From IMG/VR virus record IMGVR_UViG_3300025809_001850: a DNA stretch of 64,000 nucleotides; one strand, given 5' to 3'. Of this stretch, positions 57,756 to 64,000 are shown piece after piece. Under the pieces are notes generated by a model. That model made no database searches. It saw only the letters and a list, made by a program, of their open reading frames with translations, and was not told where the DNA came from. Numbering within the stretch: the first letter of the stretch is position 1; every line of letters starts with the position of its first letter. The translations under genes were made by a program, and so were the position numbers. The DNA is from a virus (taxonomy: Duplodnaviria; Caudoviricetes).

Positions 57756-58958
57756 ATGAGTGAGATTATAGCAAAGGTAGTTCAAAACAAAACACGTTTC
57801 AATGCAGTAGACGCAGATGGAAATAAAGTTGATGGAATTTCAGCAAGTTTGCGACGTAAAGCATTTGATGCCAACAAAGCACTTCAACGTGCAATCGGCA
57901 AAACAGGTCGTCCGTTTTGGAGATTGGTAAACATTGAGGAATTCGTTTCCATTGATACCAAGTCTGCTCCTACCACTTCACGTGATGAAGCAAGTATGGA
58001 AATTTCAGAGATTCCTGAAAAGCACAACGAAATTGTTGAGTTTCTTAAAAAGTGTTTTTCGTTGAAACCCAACAAATTGTTTATGAATGAAACCAAGTGG
58101 AAGTATTTGGTTCGTTCAGCAGTTCGTGGAAAGAACGTTATGATGACGGGCAACTCCGGTTGTGGTAAAACTTTGGCAAGTAAAACTCTTGCAGAAGTTC
58201 TTGATCGTCCTTTTTATTATTTCAATCTCGGAGCAACACAAGATCCTCGTTCTGCTTTGATTGGTAATACTCATTTCAAAAAAGAAACTGGAACCGTGTT
58301 TTCCGAAAGTTCTTTTATCAAAGCAATTAGAACTCCCAACTCTATTATTCTTCTTGATGAATTATCAAGAGCACATCCTGATGCATGGAACATTTTAATG
58401 ACTCCACTTGATCCTCTTCAACGTTATGTTCGGTTGGACGAATCTGAAGATTCTGAAGTTGTTCCTGTTGCAGATGGAGTTACTTTCGTTGCTACTGCAA
58501 ATGTAGGTAACGAGTATACTTCCACACGGGTAATGGACAGAGCATTGCTTGATCGTTTTGTAACCGTGGAAATGGATGAACTTGAATACGAAGAAGAAGT
58601 TCAACTTCTTAAATTACTTTATCCTGATGCCGATGTTAATATGCTCGGAACAATTGCAGAAATTACTACTCACACTCGTAAGGTTGTGAAAAGTGCTGAA
58701 GCAAAAATTACTGATGCTCTTTCAACTCGTAGTGCAGTTGAAATGGCAGGTCTTGCTTATGATGGTTTCAATTTACTTGAAATTGCAGAAGCATCAATTT
58801 ATCCTCACTTTTCAGATGATGGTGGTGCAGATTCGGAACGTACTTACATGAAGCAATTCGTTCAAAAGTATGTTCAAAACGAAGATACTCCCGAGGAATT
58901 ATTTTCTCTCAATCCCGATGAAAATCAAGAAGATGCAGTTCAAAGAACTCCATATTGA
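57756..58958 (+). CDS. MoxR/CbbQ-like AAA+ ATPase
   Basis: GNSGCGKT, LIGNTH, ILLDELSR, ATANVG, DRALLDRF, STR. Confidence 0.9.
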   Translation: MSEIIAKVVQNKTRFNAVDADGNKVDGISASLRRKAFDANKALQRAIGKTGRPFWRLVNIEEFVSIDTKSAPTTSRDEASMEISEIPEKHNEIVEFLKKCFSLKPNKLFMNETKWKYLVRSAVRGKNVMMTGNSGCGKTLASKTLAEVLDRPFYYFNLGATQDPRSALIGNTHFKKETGTVFSESSFIKAIRTPNSIILLDELSRAHPDAWNILMTPLDPLQRYVRLDESEDSEVVPVADGVTFVATANVGNEYTSTRVMDRALLDRFVTVEMDELEYEEEVQLLKLLYPDADVNMLGTIAEITTHTRKVVKSAEAKITDALSTRSAVEMAGLAYDGFNLLEIAEASIYPHFSDDGGADSERTYMKQFVQKYVQNEDTPEELFSLNPDENQEDAVQRTPY

Positions 58959-58965
58959 TAAGTAA

Positions 58966-59069
58966 TCGGTTCTCTCATGGTGGAACTCCTACTCTCTCGG
59001 GAGTTCCACCTTTTCTTTCTCTCACACTCGGTGGGACTTCTACTCTCTCGGAAGTCCCACCTTTTTTTT
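58966..59069 (+). ncRNA. Twin-hairpin element (terminators and candidate small RNA) with identical TACTCTCTCG loops
   Basis: GGTGGAACTCC/GGAGTTCCACC (58979-59010) and GGTGGGACTTC/GAAGTCCCACC (59030-59061) + T8; two compensatory pair swaps. Confidence 0.55.
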
Positions 59070-59110
59070 GGACTTGATTTTTAATTTAAATTACTTTATA
59101 TTATATAACA

Positions 59111-59377
59111 ATGAAAATAGAGATTGAAATAAACAACGAAACATATTGCTGGAAATCCGATTACGAAGATCACAACATATACGATATTGCAGAAAAATTC
59201 AAAGGTTTGCTTGTAAATGCAGGATTTCATCCCGACAACGTAGATGATCTTTTTGATGAATGTGTTATTGGTAGTTGGAAATTACCAACTGATAAAAATT
59301 TGTATGCAGATGAACTTGACGATGAATACGATAAACACGACAACGAAACAAACATTAACACAGAAACTTTAAAGTAA
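59111..59377 (+). CDS. Hypothetical acidic protein
   Basis: 88 aa. Confidence 0.55.
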   Translation: MKIEIEINNETYCWKSDYEDHNIYDIAEKFKGLLVNAGFHPDNVDDLFDECVIGSWKLPTDKNLYADELDDEYDKHDNETNINTETLK

Positions 59378-59931
59378 TGGGAATGTTTGATTATGTAATG
59401 TGTGAGTACGATTTGCCGTTACCAAAAGATTGCAAAGAACTTGCAGATATACAATGGAATGAATTCGCATTTCAAAGCAAGAATATGAATTGTTTGATGG
59501 ATGATTATAGAATAACCAAAAAAGGAAAACTTTTGGTTCGTGAAAGTCGTCCTGATTTTTTTGATAAACCTCCGAAAGATTTACCTGAAGTTGAAAGTAA
59601 TTATCACGGTGAGTTGAATTTTTATGCATATGAACAACGAAACAAATATGATTATAGTGTAACTTTCAATGCAAAATTTTCGTATGGCAAACTTGATGCA
59701 ATTGAATTAACAGAATTTGAAAAGCATTCCAACGAAAACAGAAAATCATATCAAGCAGAATTTAAAAAACAAGCAGAACTTCATCAAACCAGACGCACGA
59801 AATTGTGGTACAAACTGTATCGTGTATTTTATGTAAAACCAATTAAGTGTTTATTTGGAACTATGTATAAAGTATTATCACACATAAAATCAAAATGGTT
59901 TATGTATGAATCAAAATTATTACCTTGGTAA
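59377..59931 (+). CDS. Conserved phage hypothetical protein (MGMFD type)
   Basis: MGMFDYV.C..LP, FQSK..C..Y.I..G.L, HG..FY, F..GKL. Confidence 0.65.
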   Translation: MGMFDYVMCEYDLPLPKDCKELADIQWNEFAFQSKNMNCLMDDYRITKKGKLLVRESRPDFFDKPPKDLPEVESNYHGELNFYAYEQRNKYDYSVTFNAKFSYGKLDAIELTEFEKHSNENRKSYQAEFKKQAELHQTRRTKLWYKLYRVFYVKPIKCLFGTMYKVLSHIKSKWFMYESKLLPW

Positions 59932-59934
59932 ATT

Positions 59935-60567
59935 ATGAAAACTGCAAACGCAACAAATGTAACACAATACAAACAACTTCCGAAATCAGAACGAGAAGCT
60001 TTCGGATTTTGGTATCGTTTGCCAAAATTGTATGAATGGGGTGGTGAACGATTTGAAGATTATTGGAAGAAACATTATCCTATTCAATTCAGAATTCGTG
60101 AGGGTATTGAAAATTTGTTGATTTCAATTTCTGTATACAAAGACAAATTGATAGAAAATACTTGGACACGCATTTTTCCAAAAAATGCATGGGCAAGAAA
60201 AATAATTCCACATACATATTCAGATAAACCAGAACTAATTCAAGATTTTCTATTTGCGAGTATAATTGATTTTGTTGAAAATGAACCAACAGAATACACA
60301 GATTGGGAATCTAGTAAAGAACACAAACAAACTTGGAAAACTATAAACAAGTTATACAAATTTGCCAAGCAGACTTTACCTGCAAGACGAAATAGATTAA
60401 ACGAAATGTTGTCTGACTTGTATGATGAAAAAAGTTTAATGGAGTTTGTTGACAATTCTGATGATCCAAGATACGAAGAAATGTCTGCTCTTGAAAAACA
60501 AACAGATAAAGAAATTCAACAAAATCTTCTTGAAATTGTAAAAATCAGACAATATCTTTGGACATAG
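59935..60567 (+). CDS. Hypothetical protein
   Basis: 210 aa; ends LxEIVKIRxYLWT, as in many phage proteins. Confidence 0.6.
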   Translation: MKTANATNVTQYKQLPKSEREAFGFWYRLPKLYEWGGERFEDYWKKHYPIQFRIREGIENLLISISVYKDKLIENTWTRIFPKNAWARKIIPHTYSDKPELIQDFLFASIIDFVENEPTEYTDWESSKEHKQTWKTINKLYKFAKQTLPARRNRLNEMLSDLYDEKSLMEFVDNSDDPRYEEMSALEKQTDKEIQQNLLEIVKIRQYLWT

Positions 60568-60579
60568 TAATCTTTTTTC

Positions 60580-60626
60580 TTGACTTTTTATAATAATTCT
60601 GATAGGATTACTGTATTGAGAGTGAG
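60580..60626 (+). promoter_or_regulatory. Early promoter/leader cassette
   Basis: TTGACT-17-TAGGAT-TACTGTATTGAGAGTGAG. Confidence 0.85.
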
Positions 60627-60654
60627 GGAAGAGTCCCTTTAAAAAAGAGAGATT

Positions 60655-61320
60655 ATGGCAAAGATATACAAAGACGGAAAGTTCTTCAAATATTACAAAG
60701 AAACATGGTTCAATCCAAAGGGAATGACCAAAGACGGATACTTCATTCATGTACCTGATGATGACATTTGTAGTGAGTACCACACAGTCAAGGAGCATGG
60801 ACGTTTAAAGGCATTTCATGCATCATCCGAGGTTACTACTCATCCTGTTGCTATAGAACCTTCTGGGTTGTTTAAAACCAAGAATTTTACAGGTCGTTGG
60901 TACTTTATTGATACCAAGGTTACTGATGAAGAAATTCAAAACAAAGTTGATTGGTTTGAAAACAACCAAAAACTAATTGCTGAAGCAGATGAACGCAAAG
61001 CAGACAACATTGCCAAGTGGAAAGCAAAAAGTGCATTTCAAGGTGAAATTGGTGATACTCTTGAATTGGAACTTGGTATTATGTTTCAGAATCAGTTTCC
61101 TACAAGTTGGGGAACAGGACATCTTACCACTTTAAAAGATGATGATGCGAATGTTTATGTTATTTGGAGAGAATTTTGGAACAACGAAAATGACGAACCT
61201 ATGCCAACGGGAACCAAGATCAAAGGAACATTCAAAGTTAAAGATCACAACGAACGCAATGAACAAAAGCAAACCGTTCTTCAAACTAAGATTGAAAATA
61301 CTGAATTTATTTTCAAATAA
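60655..61320 (+). CDS. Phage protein with C-terminal OB-fold-like domain
   Basis: GEIG....L....F...WG...L.DD..NV..W..G..VK.H......QT.L. Confidence 0.55.
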   Translation: MAKIYKDGKFFKYYKETWFNPKGMTKDGYFIHVPDDDICSEYHTVKEHGRLKAFHASSEVTTHPVAIEPSGLFKTKNFTGRWYFIDTKVTDEEIQNKVDWFENNQKLIAEADERKADNIAKWKAKSAFQGEIGDTLELELGIMFQNQFPTSWGTGHLTTLKDDDANVYVIWREFWNNENDEPMPTGTKIKGTFKVKDHNERNEQKQTVLQTKIENTEFIFK

Positions 61321-61333
61321 ATGCACTTTGGGG

Positions 61334-61380
61334 TTGACTTTTTATAATAATTTTGGTAGTATACTTGTATTGAGAGTGAG
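61334..61380 (+). promoter_or_regulatory. Full-length early promoter/leader cassette
   Basis: TTGACTTTTTATAATAATTTTGGTAGTATACTTGTATTGAGAGTGAG. Confidence 0.88.
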
Positions 61381-61423
61381 TTAATAAAGAGTTAAAAAAA
61401 CAAAAAAAAAGAGAGAAAAAATT

Positions 61424-62044
61424 ATGCCATTATTTACACCAGTTTATTCAAAAGAACGTGACGGAGGTCATGCTGAAATTATTGAAACCAAGGAAACTTA
61501 TGTAGGACGAGTTTTAGAAACCTACGAAGAAAACGGATATAACGATTCTGATTTTTATGCGATTGTTTGGGATGACGAAACGAATTCTCTTATTCACAAG
61601 CAGTTTGCTACCACTCGTTTTTACTCTAATGGTTACGGAGCAAAAATTGATGCGACTCCTGAGATTATTGAAAAAGCAACTGCTGAACGCAAAACAAGGT
61701 TTTTGAAGTCTGCAATTGAAGCAGATGAAGAAACTGCAAAAACGGTTGCAAAAGGCAAGATGGTTGAAATCAATCGTGGTCGCAAGAATCGTGGAATTAT
61801 CGGTGAAGTATTTTGGGTTGGAAATCCTGATAAGTTTTCTTATTATGCAAAAGAGCATCGTTCAGTTGGAATCAAGTTGGATGATGAACGTGATGACAAC
61901 GGAAAGTTCAAGAACATTGTTTTTGCTTACGACTATAACTGCGACGTTATCAACTTTGAATCACATTTAACCAATACAAAGGAACTTGAAGAAACTGCAA
62001 CGAATAAAGCAAACACTTATTCTTATTCTTATCCTGTTTCCTAA
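61424..62044 (+). CDS. Hypothetical early protein
   Basis: NGYNDSDFYAIVWD; AAGAGAGAAA leader. Confidence 0.6.
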   Translation: MPLFTPVYSKERDGGHAEIIETKETYVGRVLETYEENGYNDSDFYAIVWDDETNSLIHKQFATTRFYSNGYGAKIDATPEIIEKATAERKTRFLKSAIEADEETAKTVAKGKMVEINRGRKNRGIIGEVFWVGNPDKFSYYAKEHRSVGIKLDDERDDNGKFKNIVFAYDYNCDVINFESHLTNTKELEETATNKANTYSYSYPVS

Positions 62045-62057
62045 AACTTAAATTATC

Positions 62058-62336
62058 ATGAAAAATAATCCAAAAGATATTCCTTATGTGCTTGTTCAGC
62101 ACAAAAACACCGGTAAAGCATTTGCGTTAAGTCGTGGTTATCGTTTGATGAGTGCAGATGTTCCTACTGCCGTTAAGTCGTGGATGATCAACAATCAAAA
62201 TCAATCAGATACAGGATGGTTTCCTACCAACGAAAATCAAAGTCCAAGATGGGCAAAAGAATTTGTTGCGGAAGATTTTACTGCATATTGGATTGATTAT
62301 AGTAAGCATTATCAGAAACTTGTTGTTAACGGATAA
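62058..62336 (+). CDS. Hypothetical protein
   Basis: 92 aa. Confidence 0.55.
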   Translation: MKNNPKDIPYVLVQHKNTGKAFALSRGYRLMSADVPTAVKSWMINNQNQSDTGWFPTNENQSPRWAKEFVAEDFTAYWIDYSKHYQKLVVNG

Positions 62337-62473
62337 TTTTAATTAAACATAAATAATACAAAATAGAGAGATACAGATATGAATAAGAATACAATTAAAC
62401 AACTAAAGAAAAAACTTAAAGGCCTGAGTCCTGAAGAACGTATGCTTGCGTTGATGGTAGCACTTGCAAAAGG

Positions 62474-62818
62474 ATGAGTTCACGAACTCAGAGTTCAACA
62501 CTTCGTTACGAAACTCATAACGATTCTGAAATTGATGTTAATGGAACATCACATCAAGGAGAAATTTCCACGACCTTTGAAAATTTGTTGAAAATCTTTG
62601 GAACTCCTATGGGTGCATCTGATGATAACAAAGTTGATGTTGAGTGGAACATAATGTTCAATGACGGAGTGGTTGCAACAATTTACAATTGGAAGAATGG
62701 TCCTGCAAGCATGGGAGAAACAGGCACAAATCCAGTTGATATTGAAACTTGGCACATCGGTGGAAAAACTATAAGTGCAGTATTGGATACAAAGCAAATA
62801 CTTGAAGATAATGCTTGA
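62474..62818 (+). CDS. Conserved phage hypothetical protein
   Basis: GTS.QG....F..L...FG.P..KV..EW...ATIYNWK..WHIGG. Confidence 0.65.
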   Translation: MSSRTQSSTLRYETHNDSEIDVNGTSHQGEISTTFENLLKIFGTPMGASDDNKVDVEWNIMFNDGVVATIYNWKNGPASMGETGTNPVDIETWHIGGKTISAVLDTKQILEDNA

Positions 62819-62861
62819 CTTTTTATAATAAATTTGGTAAGATACTTGTATTGAGAGTGAG
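62815..62861 (+). promoter_or_regulatory. Full-length early promoter/leader cassette
   Basis: TTGACTTTTTATAATAAATTTGGTAAGATACTTGTATTGAGAGTGAG. Confidence 0.88.
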
Positions 62862-62892
62862 TTTTAACTATATAAAAAAAAAGATAAAAAAG

Positions 62893-64000
62893 ATGAAAAG
62901 AGAGATGAAAAAAATAATGTTGTTTTTGTTGTTGTTCAACTATGTATCAGGTCACGGACCACATGGTCATAGTGGACAACACGCAGAGTCTGAACAGTCA
63001 ACTAATCCAAATCACCTTGTCAACTACATTGGTGATTTTACTGATACTGATACTGATGGCATGACTGATGTTGCCGAAATCAAGTACGGATTTGATCCAT
63101 CGGATGCAAATAGTGTTCCTAATAAATCAACCGGATATTTTCTTGATGATCTTGGATTGTCTAAATCAGATATTGTAGATGATTCTCAAATAAGTTCCAA
63201 GAGTGATCGTGTTTATTTTTACTTTTCTAACTTTACTCCTGAGATTGAAGAAAAAACACGAAACTTTATGATCAAGTTGTTTCCAATTTTGTATGATCGT
63301 TTAGGTAATCCATCACGAAATATTGTGTGTAAGTTGCACAATCGTGGTGGTAATCGTGGGTCGTGGATGGCAAGTTCAAGTGGCACACGAATTTACACAG
63401 ATGATACATGGAATCCTCGTTTGCTTGTTCATGAAATTACTCACGTATGGGCAGGTAGATACAAATTCGCATCCAATTCAGATTGGAATTATGATGCTAT
63501 GCTAAGTGGGTTTGAAGAAATTGCCGAAGGAATCGCATATGAAATAATCAACGATTACATTATGGCATATCCAAATGATATAAACTCTATTAATTTTGTT
63601 AAAGGTGGAGCATGGGATGAATGGTCAGGTAGATTCAGTAACTACGATTTAGTTAAACATCAAAGATGGACCGGTGGTGGTGACTTTTGGATTTGTCCTA
63701 TAACTACCAATGACAGATACAGTATTTCTGCGGTATTATTTCAAGTGCTTGTGTCGCATGACAAAGACTTCTATAAGAATGTAATGACCAAGTTTTATGA
63801 AACTATTAATACTGATCCTACGTTTCGTCCGAATCGTGAAAATCTTATTGATTTATGGGCAAGTGTATTACCTGAAGTAAATGGAATACCAACCAAGCAT
63901 TATTTAAAGGCAATGCCAATTCTTAATGGTCACAAACTTGATAACGAGTTTTACGCAGTTGCATTACCCAACGGAAGACTTTCAAGTGGTGGTTCTCAAA
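62893..64000 (+). CDS. Secreted zinc metalloprotease-like protein, truncated by window end (absent from ORF track)
   Basis: Translated manually, open to 64000: signal peptide, His-rich GHGPHGHSGQH, DTDTDGMTDVAE..GFDP Ca-repeat, HEITH + EEIAE gluzincin pattern. Confidence 0.75.
   Translation, partial: MKREMKKIMLFLLLFNYVSGHGPHGHSGQHAESEQSTNPNHLVNYIGDFTDTDTDGMTDVAEIKYGFDPSDANSVPNKSTGYFLDDLGLSKSDIVDDSQISSKSDRVYFYFSNFTPEIEEKTRNFMIKLFPILYDRLGNPSRNIVCKLHNRGGNRGSWMASSSGTRIYTDDTWNPRLLVHEITHVWAGRYKFASNSDWNYDAMLSGFEEIAEGIAYEIINDYIMAYPNDINSINFVKGGAWDEWSGRFSNYDLVKHQRWTGGGDFWICPITTNDRYSISAVLFQVLVSHDKDFYKNVMTKFYETINTDPTFRPNRENLIDLWASVLPEVNGIPTKHYLKAMPILNGHKLDNEFYAVALPNGRLSSGGSQ

Noticed and set aside
1-64000. 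Bacterial chromosome or prophage; alternative genetic code
   Set aside because: No integrase, rRNA or housekeeping operons; repeated early promoters and many short hypothetical genes fit a lytic phage. Conserved genes end properly at TAA, TGA and TAG with no in-frame stops.

Overview
This is an AT-rich (roughly one-third GC by eye), densely coding, almost single-stranded segment of a large lytic tailed phage genome. No integrase, rRNA or core host operon is present. A PVC/Verrucomicrobia-like host is suggested, by inference only, from the ClpP, MYG1-like, DUF1080 and DxDxDG Ca-repeat proteins. 1-24.3 kb is a glycan-modification and virion-appendage block: LOG, two sulfotransferases, MetK, a Cys-less QueF-like protein, four glycosyltransferases (two fucosyltransferase-like), a Holliday junction resolvase, a 1934-aa collagen/LamG/S74 fibre, a membrane-anchored subtilase, cysC-cysD-cysN and galE. 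24.4-64 kb is an early/accessory region driven by about 20 copies of a sigma70-like promoter cassette (TTGACT-17-TAgtAT, with spacer and leader also conserved). It carries tRNA-Ile2(CAU), rhomboid, UvsE, an AT-hook protein, a PRTase, an SF2 helicase-nuclease, isoaspartyl peptidase, a BspA-like protein with a 1077-bp duplication, ClpP, a VWA/MoxR pair and a truncated secreted metalloprotease. The most striking unexplained items are: (i) a tandem array of 13 small paralogues sharing a YP-x-N-W / DPWxR / RWTT scaffold with two hypervariable loops (34.9-39.9 kb); (ii) twin covarying hairpins with identical UACUCUCUCG loops complementary to the GAGAG leaders of early genes (58.97-59.07 kb); (iii) a complete PAPS pathway linked to sulfo- and fucosyl-transferases; (iv) a strand-polarised GC-rich 9-mer CGCCGAGAC.
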